A program made the position numbers and the translations under genes. From positions 192,001 through 256,000 of the forward strand of contig CAVPNL010000015.1 of the NCBI GenBank assembly GCA_963706575.1: a stretch of 64,000 nucleotides of DNA, in the 5' to 3' direction. This document shows positions 38,687 through 49,209 of this stretch, piece by piece. The notes below the pieces were generated by a model. It worked only from the letters and a program-made list of their open reading frames with translations. It was not told the origin of the DNA and ran no database searches. The first letter of the stretch is position 1; each line of letters opens with the position of its first letter. Source of the stretch: an uncultured delta proteobacterium. GTDB taxonomy: Bacteria > Desulfobacterota > Desulfobacteria > Desulfobacterales > JAHEIW01.

Positions 38687-40069
38687 TTATTCGAATTGGC
38701 CCTTCAGCCATTCGTCGAATTCTTTTTCACTTAGAATCTTTTCTTCAAGTAAAACTTCCCGAATCGTTTTGCCGGATTTATGGGCCTTTTTGGACACCGC
38801 AGCGGCCTTATCGTATCCGATTTTTGGAACCAATCCGGTGGCCAGCGCCAGGCTTTTCTCGATGTAGCCCTTACAGGTATCGACGTTGGCGCTTATGCCG
38901 TCAATACATTTCTTGGCAAAGGTATCAGCCGCTGACGCCAGCAGGTCAATGGATTGTAAGAGATTGTAAGCCATTACCGGCAGCATCACGTTAAGCTCAA
39001 AATTGCCGGCCTGCCCCCCCATCATAACAGTGGTGTCATTGCCCATCACCTGGGCGGCTACCTGAATGACGGCTTCAGGAATCACCGGATTGATTTTGCC
39101 CGGCATAATCGAAGAGCCCGGTTGTAAAGATGGCAGGTTGATCTCGCCGATACCGCACCGGGGACCCGAAGCCAGCCAGCGAATATCATTTGCAATTTTA
39201 ACCAGGCTGACTGCCAGGGTCTTCAAATTCCCGCTGGCCTCTACGGCAGCATCCTGGGCTGCCTGGGCTTCGAAATGATTGGCCGCTTCCTGAAACGCGA
39301 TATTCGTTTCTGATGAAAGCAAAGTAATGACTCTGGCGGCAAATTCCGAATGCGTATTGGTACCGGTTCCCACCGCCGTGCCGCCCAGGGCCAGCTCGCA
39401 AAGCCGCTCTTCGGCAGCAGTTATTCGTTTAATACCCAGTTCGATCTGGCGGGCATAACCGGAAAATTCCTGGCCCAGCAGCATGGGAACCGCATCCTGC
39501 AAATGGGTCCGGCCTATCTTATGAATATTTACAAATTTTTGTGCCTTTTTGGATAGGGACTGCTGGAGCAAATTAAGGGAAGGAATCAGGTGATTCCGGA
39601 TGGACATCAGAGCGGCAATATGGATCACCGACGGAATTACATCATTGCTCGATTGGCCCAGATTGACATGGTCATTGGGATGCACCGGGGATTTGCCGCT
39701 CTTTTTCCCGCTTAAAATTTCATTGGCGCGGCAGGCAACCACCTCATTCATATTCATGTTGGTTGAGGTGCCGGAGCCGGTTTGAAACACATTGACCACG
39801 AACTGGTCGCCAAGCTGGCCGTCAACGATCTCCTGGGCCGCCGCCGCAATCGCATCGGCCAGTTTTGAATCCAGTAATCCCAGCTCCTGGTTTACCCGGG
39901 CAGCACACTTTTTGACCAGCGCCAGGGCATGAATAAAAGATGCCGGAAGCTTTAAATCACCAATGGGAAAGTTCTCGGCCGCGCGCTGAGTCTGGGGCCC
40001 GTAATAGGCGGTCTCCGGAACCAAAACGGTTCCCATGGTGTCTTTTTCTTTGCGATATTTCATGATCAT
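38687..40069 (-). CDS. fumC: Class II fumarate hydratase
   Basis: YGPQTQRA, QTGSGTSTNMN.NEV, KIGRTHLQDA, GSSIMPGKINP. Start may be 40063. Confidence 0.95.
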   Translation of the reverse strand: MIMKYRKEKDTMGTVLVPETAYYGPQTQRAAENFPIGDLKLPASFIHALALVKKCAARVNQELGLLDSKLADAIAAAAQEIVDGQLGDQFVVNVFQTGSGTSTNMNMNEVVACRANEILSGKKSGKSPVHPNDHVNLGQSSNDVIPSVIHIAALMSIRNHLIPSLNLLQQSLSKKAQKFVNIHKIGRTHLQDAVPMLLGQEFSGYARQIELGIKRITAAEERLCELALGGTAVGTGTNTHSEFAARVITLLSSETNIAFQEAANHFEAQAAQDAAVEASGNLKTLAVSLVKIANDIRWLASGPRCGIGEINLPSLQPGSSIMPGKINPVIPEAVIQVAAQVMGNDTTVMMGGQAGNFELNVMLPVMAYNLLQSIDLLASAADTFAKKCIDGISANVDTCKGYIEKSLALATGLVPKIGYDKAAAVSKKAHKSGKTIREVLLEEKILSEKEFDEWLKGQFE

Positions 40070-40120
40070 TTTCCTTTTATCACAACCCCATTGCAGAAGG
40101 AATAGGTTTTTATTCTTTGA

Positions 40121-40200
40121 GGGTTCAGAGTTCAGAGGTTAAAAAGTTCAAGCGTTCTGTTAAGGAGCCTCTGAGCCTTTGAACGCTGAACCTTTGAACC
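40121..40200. repeat. Inverted array of 7-8 bp repeats (GTTCAGA / TGAACC)
   Basis: ggttcaga gttcaga ggttaaaa agttcaag ... tgagcctt tgaacgc tgaacctt tgaacc. Confidence 0.7.
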
Positions 40201-40279
40201 AACCGACTGGCGGCTGCCTCCCCAAACAACAAAATTAAGACGGTAGGACGGCTTTGCAAGGTTAAGCGGCAAGCATCCA

Positions 40280-43200
40280 TCAAACCCCGGGTCGCTCCAT
40301 TTTAATGGCAAACATCAACAGGGACGGGATCACCAGCACCGTAAAAAGAGTTGAAACGGCCAGACCACCCAGGACCACGCTTCCAAGGCCCCTGTAAAAT
40401 TCGGATCCCGGACCTGGAATCAGCACAAGCGGCAACATCCCAAAAATAGAAGTGGCCGCGCTCATGTAAATGGGTCTCAAGCGGGTGCGCGTAGAAGTCA
40501 ACACGGCTTCTCGATGTGACATGCCATTGAGCCGGACGTTATTTAAGGCCTGATGAACAATCAGAATGGCATTGTTGACCACCACACCGACAAGGATGAT
40601 AAATCCCAGCATGGTGAGAATATCAAAAGGCTGAGGCGCAATAAACCAGTTAACCATTTTAAGCCCCACTAGCCCCCCGACCGCTGCCAGGGGCAGAGTG
40701 AACATAATGATTAATGGATAAATAAAATTGCCGAACAAAGCAGCCATGAGCAAATAGGCAATGATGGCAGCCAGGATAAAATCCCACTGCAAGGTTTGAC
40801 GGGTTTCGGTTAGCTTATCGGCCACACCACTTTGGCTCACATCGGTTCCCTGCAACATATCCTGCCCCGCCATGGGGTCGATGACCTTGGTGTTGATCGT
40901 TTCCATGGCTTCCTGCAGCGGGATTGAAAACGGCGGGGTGACCTGGAGAGTAATGGTTCGCTGGCGTTCAAGATGACGGATCTCAGTGATTCCGGTGGTG
41001 CGCTCCAGTTTTGACAGGGAAGAAACTGGAACGATCCGCCCGTCGGGGATGGCGATCATGGAATGATAAAGTTTCTCCGGAGAGTGAATGTCTGCTTCGG
41101 AAGCTTTTAGAATCAAATCGATTTTTTTCTGGCCCTCCTGTTTGAAATCCCCGATGTCTCTGCCGCCCATAAGGACATCCAGGGCAATGCCAAAGTCCCT
41201 GGCGGTCATTTTAACCGCTTTAAGGCGATCCCTGAGAGGTATCAACCGAGCTTCAAGAAATAGTAACTCCAGCGACGGTACCGGCCGTACCTGAGCCTGG
41301 GGAATTTCTTTCATAATGGCGCCATACATGGCACCGGCCACCTGGACGATACGATTTAAATCATCGCCGCTAATGTTGACCTCGATGGTTCGACCGCGTC
41401 CCAGAGAGGTCTGGAACACGCCGGCCTGAATGCTCACTCCGAACATTGCGGGAATCGAAAAAATGGTGCGCCTGAACAGCGGCAGCAGCTCACCGGCCCG
41501 CTGTTCATGGGTGCTGGTGGCGCCAAAGAGCATAATTTGCTCGGCACCCACATAAAACATGCTCTCAATGCCGGGAAACCCATCATTGTCTTTACCGAAA
41601 TAGGGTGCATTGAACCGATAGATATGTTCCCCGATGGCCTTGCGCTCGTCAAATGAAAGACCCGGTGGTGGAATTAACACGTTAATCACCAGATTGCGGT
41701 TGCCCTGCGGCAGGTACTCTGCTTTGGGAAGCAACATCCAGGCTCCCACAATCGAAACTGTGCTGAAAACCAAAATAGTGGCGGTCCGGGTCATCCAATT
41801 CCGGGTGACCCTTTTCACCAAAGTCATAACGCCGTTGACCAGGCGGGTACCGATATTACTGCCGCCCTCTATGCTGGTCTGGCAGGAGTCTTTACTTCCG
41901 GTTAATTCAAAAAGCCGCCTTGATAACATCGGGATCACCGAAACCGAAACAAACAGGCTCAACCCAACGGCAAAGGTGACCGCAATGGCAATATCCCGGA
42001 AAAGCTGTCCAGCTTCTTCCTCCATAAAAATGACCGGCAAAAAAACGGCAATAGTAGTCAGGGTGGATGCCAGAATGGCACCCCAGACTTCCCGGGCACC
42101 GTCATATGCCGCTTGAAAGGCAGGTTTTCCCATGCTGCAATGGCGGTCGATGTTCTCAAGCACAACGATGGCACTGTCAATCAGCATGCCGACGGCAAAA
42201 GCAATCCCTGCCAGGCTGACCACATTCAGATTACGCCCCATCAAATGCATAAAAATGAACGTGCCGATAATACTGATCGGAATGGCGGTGGCCACCACAA
42301 GCGTTGAAATAAAGCTCCTTAAAAAAACCAACAATACGATGATGGCCAGGGTTCCGCCAATGAGAATATTTTGCCGGACCAGTTTAATCGCACCTCGAAT
42401 ATAGGGCCTCTGATCATATACCCACTCGAGCTTGATCTTTTCAGAAGCGAGCTTTTCGTCGTTTAAACGCTTGACGATCGTTTCCAGGTTGTCCGAAAGA
42501 TCAAGGATGTTGGCGCCTGGTTCCGGTTTGACCCCGATGACAATCCCCTCTTTACCCATGTGCAGCATGGCGGTGGCCAATTTTTCATAGCCGAATTCAA
42601 CTGTTGCCAGATCCGAAACCCGTATGCGCTGCTGGCCGGTGGAACGGAGAACGATGTTTTCGATATCGGCTGCCGACCTGAACTCGCCGATGGTCCGAAT
42701 ACGGTAATCCCGCCGGCCGACGCCCATGATGCCGGCGGAAATATTTATATTTTCGGCTCTGAGAATTTCGATCAGCTCGGATATGGTCAAACCAAAGGCC
42801 GCCAATTTTTCCGGTTGAACGATAATGTGCATTTCTTTTTCGGTGCCGCCACCGATGAAAAGATCCGCAACACCGGTGGTTCTTTCCAGATATTGTCGAA
42901 TGTTATTTTCAAAATAGGTCCGATACTGATAAGGCGATCGCTGGTTATCGCCGGTGGTTTTGAGAACCATCCAGATCACCGGTGAAGTGGCGGCACCGGT
43001 AGCGGTGATTATGGGTTTGTCGACATTTTCCGGATATGAGGGAACTTCGTCGAGTTTATTTGAAACCCGCAACAGGGCGTCATCCGAATCGGTGCCGATG
43101 CTGAATCTGAGTGTGACGGTTCCCCGGGAGTTAAATGAGGCGCTTTCCATCTCCACAAGCCCGGGGATACCTTTCAAAACTTTTTCCTGCTCTTCAATGA

Positions 43201-43387
43201 TCTCCCGCTCCACCTCATAAGGGGTGGCTCCGCTCCAGGTTGTCGTGACACTGATCTCTGGCTCGATAACGGTGGGACTTAACTGATAGGGCATGCGAGT
43301 CAGCCCGATGATGCCGAACAGGATAATCAGAAAGACACCCACGATGATGGTAACCGGTTTTTCAATTGAGAATTTTACAGGGTTCAT
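40280..43387 (-). CDS. RND efflux permease (AcrB/AcrD/AcrF family)
   Basis: 1035 aa; GMLIDSAIVVLENI, GVVVNNAILIV, RLRPIYM. Confidence 0.93.
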   Translation of the reverse strand: MNPVKFSIEKPVTIIVGVFLIILFGIIGLTRMPYQLSPTVIEPEISVTTTWSGATPYEVEREIIEEQEKVLKGIPGLVEMESASFNSRGTVTLRFSIGTDSDDALLRVSNKLDEVPSYPENVDKPIITATGAATSPVIWMVLKTTGDNQRSPYQYRTYFENNIRQYLERTTGVADLFIGGGTEKEMHIIVQPEKLAAFGLTISELIEILRAENINISAGIMGVGRRDYRIRTIGEFRSAADIENIVLRSTGQQRIRVSDLATVEFGYEKLATAMLHMGKEGIVIGVKPEPGANILDLSDNLETIVKRLNDEKLASEKIKLEWVYDQRPYIRGAIKLVRQNILIGGTLAIIVLLVFLRSFISTLVVATAIPISIIGTFIFMHLMGRNLNVVSLAGIAFAVGMLIDSAIVVLENIDRHCSMGKPAFQAAYDGAREVWGAILASTLTTIAVFLPVIFMEEEAGQLFRDIAIAVTFAVGLSLFVSVSVIPMLSRRLFELTGSKDSCQTSIEGGSNIGTRLVNGVMTLVKRVTRNWMTRTATILVFSTVSIVGAWMLLPKAEYLPQGNRNLVINVLIPPPGLSFDERKAIGEHIYRFNAPYFGKDNDGFPGIESMFYVGAEQIMLFGATSTHEQRAGELLPLFRRTIFSIPAMFGVSIQAGVFQTSLGRGRTIEVNISGDDLNRIVQVAGAMYGAIMKEIPQAQVRPVPSLELLFLEARLIPLRDRLKAVKMTARDFGIALDVLMGGRDIGDFKQEGQKKIDLILKASEADIHSPEKLYHSMIAIPDGRIVPVSSLSKLERTTGITEIRHLERQRTITLQVTPPFSIPLQEAMETINTKVIDPMAGQDMLQGTDVSQSGVADKLTETRQTLQWDFILAAIIAYLLMAALFGNFIYPLIIMFTLPLAAVGGLVGLKMVNWFIAPQPFDILTMLGFIILVGVVVNNAILIVHQALNNVRLNGMSHREAVLTSTRTRLRPIYMSAATSIFGMLPLVLIPGPGSEFYRGLGSVVLGGLAVSTLFTVLVIPSLLMFAIKMERPGV

Positions 43388-43433
43388 GGTTCAGCACTTT
43401 CATGAGCAAATACGCTCAATGAAAAGTTATTTG

Positions 43434-44513
43434 TTATTGTCCGACTATAGAAACCATCTGCCCGTCACGCAATCGCTCGTTGCCTTTGACAACCACCTGC
43501 ATGCCTTCTGCAAGATCGGAGCTTTGCACGCCGGCAATCAGTGCTTGATAGCCGATAACGTCCACCGGAATCATCCGGACTTTAGCATCTTTAACCACAT
43601 AAACGACGGTTTGGCCAAACGGCGCAATGACGGCATCCCGGGAGACAACCAGCGTTTTGCGGGGGGTTCCGACCGGCAGCACCACTCTGGCCGACATTCC
43701 TTCGATAAGTGCCAGCGTATTCGGCGTTCGGATTTTTACCGGAAACGTCCGGGTGGCGACATCTCCGCGGGGAACCACGGCAATAACCGATCCTGATATT
43801 TCATTGCCGTTGATGGTTGCTTTAACCGGCATTCCGACTTGAATAAAGGGGATAGATTCTTCGGAAACATCCGCGACAATATCGATTACATCATCTTTGG
43901 CCAATATCGCCACCGTTGAGCCTTCCGCAAGCCACTCTCCCCGATCCACCTGCCGTTTGATGACAATCCCGTCAAACGGGGCGCGGATAGTTTTTTTCTG
44001 CAGTTCGATTTCGATGCGCTCAACCTCGGCATTGAGGGATTCAGCATGTTTTTCAATCCCTTTTACCCGGAAGCGGTTTTCGTCATAGGATTGCTCGGAA
44101 ATGGCTTTTGTTTTAAAAAGCTTTCCCCTGCGATCAAATTCAATGCGCGCAATTTCCAACTCGGACAGCACCTGCTCATAGTTGGCTGTGGTTGCCAGCA
44201 GCCTTTTCTTTAGAATATCCGCGTCCAGTTTGATTAGCACCTCATTCTTTTTGATGCGTTGCCCATCCTCAAAGCGCACTTCATCAACCCGTCCACTCAT
44301 CTCAGATGCCACGTCGGAAACCTCCTCATAAAAAACAGTACCGATAAACTCCGCCTGAGGTGTGACCATTCCGGTTTCAACAGTTGATACGGCCACCTTG
44401 GCCGGCGGCGGCCCCTTCGGTTTTTCCTGGCCCCAAAGTGCCGAAACAAACAGGTTCATCAACAATCCGCTCAAAAACAAAAATCGGAAAGATCGTTTTA
44501 ATCTGCCGGACAT
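43434..44513 (-). CDS. RND periplasmic adaptor (MFP)
   Basis: IRAPFDG, TRTFPVK, GMQVVVKG; start moved to 44513 (SD GGAGG). Confidence 0.9.
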   Translation of the reverse strand: MSGRLKRSFRFLFLSGLLMNLFVSALWGQEKPKGPPPAKVAVSTVETGMVTPQAEFIGTVFYEEVSDVASEMSGRVDEVRFEDGQRIKKNEVLIKLDADILKKRLLATTANYEQVLSELEIARIEFDRRGKLFKTKAISEQSYDENRFRVKGIEKHAESLNAEVERIEIELQKKTIRAPFDGIVIKRQVDRGEWLAEGSTVAILAKDDVIDIVADVSEESIPFIQVGMPVKATINGNEISGSVIAVVPRGDVATRTFPVKIRTPNTLALIEGMSARVVLPVGTPRKTLVVSRDAVIAPFGQTVVYVVKDAKVRMIPVDVIGYQALIAGVQSSDLAEGMQVVVKGNERLRDGQMVSIVGQ

Positions 44514-44710
44514 GCCAGCCTCCATCCAAATATGCTCAATGCTTTGATTCACCGCTATGATTGCAATTAAAATTCGGCTAAAAAACAATTAACTAGCCGG
44601 GTTGAGTATGGACTAAGATAATGACATTTGAAGATATGACAAGCAGGTAGGTTACTACGAAGGATACTTCAACTGCAACAATGCATACAGTCTGACAAAA
44701 CAAATAGGAA

Positions 44711-44739
44711 TTGACACTCAAATGTCTTTTCCATATGAT
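44711..44739 (+). promoter_or_regulatory. sigma70 promoter of sucA operon
   Basis: TTGACA-N17-TATGAT; a second candidate TTGACA-N16-TATAAA at 44787-44814. Confidence 0.6.
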
Positions 44740-44848
44740 CGATTTTTGACAAACGCATGACTATCTTCATTTTAATTGTCGATCCATTGACATTTTCACG
44801 GCCCCGATTATAAATAGCAACAAAATTAATTAAGCATTATAAAAGCCC

Positions 44849-44920
44849 ACCACGAAGGACACGAAAAAGAAAGCATTAATATAAATATCTGATCTTCGTG
44901 CTCTTCGTGTTCTTCGTGGT
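44849..44920. repeat. Inverted array of 9-bp repeats (CACGAAGGA / TCTTCGTG)
   Basis: accacgaagg acacgaaaa ... cttcgtgct cttcgtgtt cttcgtggt. Confidence 0.75.
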
Positions 44921-44942
44921 TAAAACAAAAGGTAACAGGGTC

Positions 44943-47693
44943 ATGGATCTATCCACCGCCTGGAATACTGAATTCATCGAGGAGCAATACAACCGATGGA
45001 AAGCAGATCCTGCCAGCGTCTCAAACGATTGGCGTTTTTTTTTCGAAGGATTTGAGCTGGCAGTATCCGGTGCACCTGAAGCCGCCGACGGCTTTGATCA
45101 GCAACAACTGTTAGGGCAATCACGGGTCGAGTCGCTTATTTATCGTTACCGGGATCTGGGGCATCTGCTGGCCTGCCTGGATCCGCTGGCGGCATGCCCG
45201 ACTGAGCATCCCCTGCTTGCGCTGGAAGCCTTTAATTTGACCCCGCAAGATTTGGACCGGGAATTTTTTACCCGCCGCTTTGCAGCATCCGGACAGGCTC
45301 CCTTGAAAGAAATTATTCTGGCATTAAAAGAGACCTACTGTCACGCCATCGGTGTGGAATTCATGCACCTGCAGGATCCATCCGAGCGGCGCTGGCTGCT
45401 AAATCGCATGGAGCCGGTTCGCAACCGACCTGGTTTGGAGCCGGATGCCAAACAGCGCATATTGAAAAGCCTTGTCAGGGCCGCTCTTTTTGAACAATTT
45501 TTGAATAAAAAATACATCGGCGTCACCCGCTTTTCCCTCGAAGGGGGCGAAGCCCTGATTGCGGCCCTGGATTTTTTAATTGAGCATGTGGCCGAAGCCG
45601 GCGCCAAAGAAATCATTCTCGGTATGGCGCACCGCGGACGGTTAAATGTTCAGGCCAACATCCTCCAAAGGCCTTATGAAGACATACTCAGCGAGTTTGA
45701 AAGCTGTTACAATCCCGAGGAGCTCGTCGGCGCCGGTGATGTAAAATATCACAATGGATATCTGGCCGACCTTAAAACCGCCAATAATCAAGGGCTGCGT
45801 ATCTTCTTAATGAACAACCCGAGTCATTTAGAAGCGGTTAACCCGGTAGTGGAAGGATTTAGCCGTGCCCGCCAGGATCTCATTGGCGACAGCAATGGAG
45901 CGCAGGTCCTGCCGCTTTTAATCCACGGCGATGCCGCCTTTGCGGGGCAGGGTATTGTCGCTGAAACCTTGAATATGTCGCAACTGGAAGGCTATAAAAC
46001 CGGCGGTACGATTCACATGATCATCAACAACCAGATCGGTTATACCACGCTTCCCGAAAATGCGCGCTCCACACGATACTCCACCGATATCGCCAAAATG
46101 CTGATGGTACCCATCTTTCACGTGCACGGCGAAAACCCCGAAGCCGTCTTGCATGTCATGCAACTGGCCGCTGATTACCGTAGCGAGTACGGTAAAGATG
46201 TCGTCATTGATCTGGTCTGCTATCGCCGCTACGGGCATAACGAAGGCGATGAACCCTATTTTACCCAGCCCGGAATGTATGACCGCATTCGCCAGCGGCC
46301 TTCGTTGCATCAAATTTACGCAGACCAATTGATTTCCGAGGGTATCGCCCAGCAGGATGATATCGACAAGATGACGGCAGAAATCAACAACCAGTTAGAC
46401 CAGGCCTATGCAACGGTTCACGGCAGTGAGTGCCCCTTTCCCGAATCCCGCTTCTATGAAGCATGGGACGGCATCAGCGCCGCTTACACCCACGAAACGG
46501 TTGCCACCGGTGTCGATAAAGATGTCCTGATTTCGTTCGCCAAGAAATTAAATTCGATTCCTGAAAACTTTAGCCTGAACCCCAAACTGCAACGTCTGCT
46601 TGAAAAACGACTGGCATCGGTTGAGCAGGGCGAAGGCATTGATTGGGCCAATGCCGAGGCACTGGCGTTCGCATCCCTGCTGGCAGAAGGTCTCTCCGTG
46701 CGCCTCAGCGGCCAGGACAGCGGCCGCGGCACCTTCAGTCAGCGCCACAGCACGTTGGTCGACATTCAGAATGAAACGCGCCACTTACCCTTAAATTCAA
46801 TTGATGTCGATCAGGCCCGATTTTATGTTTATGACAGCCTTTTATCAGAGGCCGGTGTGCTCGGCTTCGAATACGGTTATTCTCTGGCACGACCCGACAG
46901 CCTGGTTTTGTGGGAGGCCCAGTTCGGTGACTTCGTTAATAATGCCCAGTCTGTAATCGATCTGTTTATCGCCAGCGGGGAAACCAAGTGGCAGCGTCTC
47001 AGCGGCCTGACCTTGCTGCTGCCCCACGGCTACGAGGGCATGGGGCCCGAGCATTCCAGTGCACGGCTTGAGCGGTTTTTGCAATTGTGCGCCGGCGACA
47101 ACATCCAGGTGAGCAACCCGACCACGCCGGCTCAATATTTTCATTTGTTGCGGCGCCAGGTTAAATCGCGGTTTCGCAAGCCCCTTGTTGTCATGACGCC
47201 CAAAAGCCTGTTGCGGCACCCGCTGGCGGTTTCGAAAATCGAGGACCTGGCTGCGGACCATTTCCAGCCCGTTTTAGATGATCCCGGTAGCGCCAAACAG
47301 GCCAAGACGATTTTGATCTGCAGCGGAAAAATCTTTTATGAGCTGCTGCAAAACCGTAACGAATTGGACAAAACAGACGTTGCCATTGTACGACTAGAGC
47401 AGTTCTACCCGTTTCCGGAATCACAGCTAAAAATTATTTTTCAAAAATATGATCAGGTCAAAAAATGGTTCTGGGTTCAGGAAGAGCCGCAAAACATGGG
47501 TGCATGGCAATTTGTGCAGCCGCGTCTAAACGCCGCTTGCGGGAAATCATTCAGCTATATCGGCCGAAAAGCATCTTCCAGCCCGGCTTCCGGCTTTCCC
47601 GGCCTTGCCAAATTAGAACAGCAAGCAATCGTCGCACAGGCATTGGGACCACCTGCCATCCGTAAAGGGAAAGGCAAAGCCGCCGCGGGGTAA
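44943..47693 (+). CDS. sucA: 2-oxoglutarate dehydrogenase E1
   Basis: RFSLEGGE, GMAHRGRLN, GDVKYH, NPSHLE, HGDAAFAGQG, WEAQFGDF, GPEHSSARLER. Confidence 0.97.
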   Translation: MDLSTAWNTEFIEEQYNRWKADPASVSNDWRFFFEGFELAVSGAPEAADGFDQQQLLGQSRVESLIYRYRDLGHLLACLDPLAACPTEHPLLALEAFNLTPQDLDREFFTRRFAASGQAPLKEIILALKETYCHAIGVEFMHLQDPSERRWLLNRMEPVRNRPGLEPDAKQRILKSLVRAALFEQFLNKKYIGVTRFSLEGGEALIAALDFLIEHVAEAGAKEIILGMAHRGRLNVQANILQRPYEDILSEFESCYNPEELVGAGDVKYHNGYLADLKTANNQGLRIFLMNNPSHLEAVNPVVEGFSRARQDLIGDSNGAQVLPLLIHGDAAFAGQGIVAETLNMSQLEGYKTGGTIHMIINNQIGYTTLPENARSTRYSTDIAKMLMVPIFHVHGENPEAVLHVMQLAADYRSEYGKDVVIDLVCYRRYGHNEGDEPYFTQPGMYDRIRQRPSLHQIYADQLISEGIAQQDDIDKMTAEINNQLDQAYATVHGSECPFPESRFYEAWDGISAAYTHETVATGVDKDVLISFAKKLNSIPENFSLNPKLQRLLEKRLASVEQGEGIDWANAEALAFASLLAEGLSVRLSGQDSGRGTFSQRHSTLVDIQNETRHLPLNSIDVDQARFYVYDSLLSEAGVLGFEYGYSLARPDSLVLWEAQFGDFVNNAQSVIDLFIASGETKWQRLSGLTLLLPHGYEGMGPEHSSARLERFLQLCAGDNIQVSNPTTPAQYFHLLRRQVKSRFRKPLVVMTPKSLLRHPLAVSKIEDLAADHFQPVLDDPGSAKQAKTILICSGKIFYELLQNRNELDKTDVAIVRLEQFYPFPESQLKIIFQKYDQVKKWFWVQEEPQNMGAWQFVQPRLNAACGKSFSYIGRKASSSPASGFPGLAKLEQQAIVAQALGPPAIRKGKGKAAAG

Positions 47694-47716
47694 GTTCAGG
47701 GCCGTTGGCCCTTAAT

Positions 47717-47788
47717 AGGTGTCAGTGTTCAGGTGTCAGGTGTCAGATCTTCGCATTCCTGACACCTGACACCTGACACCCGAAACCT
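47717..47788. repeat. Inverted array of 7-bp repeats (CAGGTGT / CTGACAC)
   Basis: aggtgtc agtgttc aggtgtc aggtgtc ag ... ctgacac ctgacac ctgacac ccgaaac ct; same family as 20070. Confidence 0.85.
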
Positions 47789-47860
47789 AAAACCAGATGG
47801 GCAACAGTATCTAATTAAAAATTTTGCAGCTAAATTAGCGTAAACGAAAAAGAGGGAATT

Positions 47861-49207
47861 ATGGTAGTTGAGATAAAGGTTCCCAGCGTGGGCGAATCCG
47901 TAACAGAGGCCTTGCTGGCCCAGTGGTTCAAAAACGATGGCGATATAATTAAAAAAGACGAGCCGCTTTTTGTTATTGAAACCGACAAAGTCACTTTAGA
48001 GGTCGTCTCCGAGGCCGCGGGTGTCGTCTCCATCCAGGTTCAGGAAGGCGAAACCGTCGCTATCGGCGCTGTGGTCGGCACCATTGACACAGCGGCGGCG
48101 CCCAAACCCGCCGAAACCCCGCCGGCTCCGCAAGCACCTGAAATAGAGAAAGCACAACCGCCGGCCGCAGCGCCCGAAGAACCGCCAGCACCGGCCCCGG
48201 AAGCGCCCGCACAGACCACCCCGGCACCGCCACCGCCGCAACCGGTATCTGCTCCTGCTCAACCGTCGATTCGTACAGTTGACCTGGCGCCTTCTGTGCG
48301 CCGACTGATCGCTGAAAAAAACCTGGATCCGGCTCAAATTCGCGGGACCGGTCCGGCCGGCCGCATCACCAAAGGAGATGTGGTTTTGTTTCTGGAAGGG
48401 TTGCAGGTACCGGCAGCAGCGCCGGCGCCGGCCCAGGGCGATGATACAGTTCAAAAACCCGCCGAAACCCCGCCGCAGCCGTTAGCTGAAACACCAACGG
48501 CCGGTGAAGAAGGGATCACGCGCAAACCCATGAGCCCGATCCGCCAGCGGATTGCCGCTCATCTGCTGAATGCCAAGCAAAATACCGCCATGCTGACCAC
48601 CTTTAACGATGTCGATATGACACGGGTGCTGGCACTGCGGGCGCAATTCAAAGAAAGTTTTAAGGAAAAATACGGTATCTCACTGGGCATGATGTCCTTC
48701 TTTATTAAAGCCTGTGTCGAAGCGCTCAAAGAATTTCCCCAAGTCAATGCCTATATCGATGCTAAGGACATCATCTACCATCATTATTATCATATCGGCG
48801 TTGCCATCGGGTCGGAAAAGGGCCTGGTGGTACCGGTCATCCGGCATGCCGATAAGCTTAACTTCGCCGAACTGGAGCAGGCCATTGTTGATTTTGTCAA
48901 TAAAATAAAAGAAAACCGGCTGGAACTGTCCGATCTTGAAGGCGGCACGTTTACCATCAGCAACGGCGGCGTTTTCGGTTCGCTCTTGAGCACACCGATA
49001 TTAAACATGCCCCAGAGCGGAATTCTCGGGATGCACCGCATCGAAAAGCGGCCCGTAGCACTTGAGGATCAGATGGTTATCCGGCCCATGATGTATCTTG
49101 CGCTCAGTTACGATCACCGCATTATTGACGGCCGTGAAGCCGTCACCTTTCTCAAGCGCATCAAAGAATGTATCGAGAACCCGGAACGCATAATGATGGA
49201 GATTTAG
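47861..49207 (+). CDS. sucB: Dihydrolipoamide succinyltransferase E2
   Basis: Lipoyl ETDKV, Pro/Ala linker, [28 protein letters not shown]. Confidence 0.96.
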   Translation: MVVEIKVPSVGESVTEALLAQWFKNDGDIIKKDEPLFVIETDKVTLEVVSEAAGVVSIQVQEGETVAIGAVVGTIDTAAAPKPAETPPAPQAPEIEKAQPPAAAPEEPPAPAPEAPAQTTPAPPPPQPVSAPAQPSIRTVDLAPSVRRLIAEKNLDPAQIRGTGPAGRITKGDVVLFLEGLQVPAAAPAPAQGDDTVQKPAETPPQPLAETPTAGEEGITRKPMSPIRQRIAAHLLNAKQNTAMLTTFNDVDMTRVLALRAQFKESFKEKYGISLGMMSFFIKACVEALKEFPQVNAYIDAKDIIYHHYYHIGVAIGSEKGLVVPVIRHADKLNFAELEQAIVDFVNKIKENRLELSDLEGGTFTISNGGVFGSLLSTPILNMPQSGILGMHRIEKRPVALEDQMVIRPMMYLALSYDHRIIDGREAVTFLKRIKECIENPERIMMEI

Positions 49208-49209
49208 TT

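Noticed and set aside
48060..48500. Repeated CCCGCCGAAACCCCGCCG in sucB
   Set aside because: Encodes the normal Pro/Ala-rich E2 linkers.
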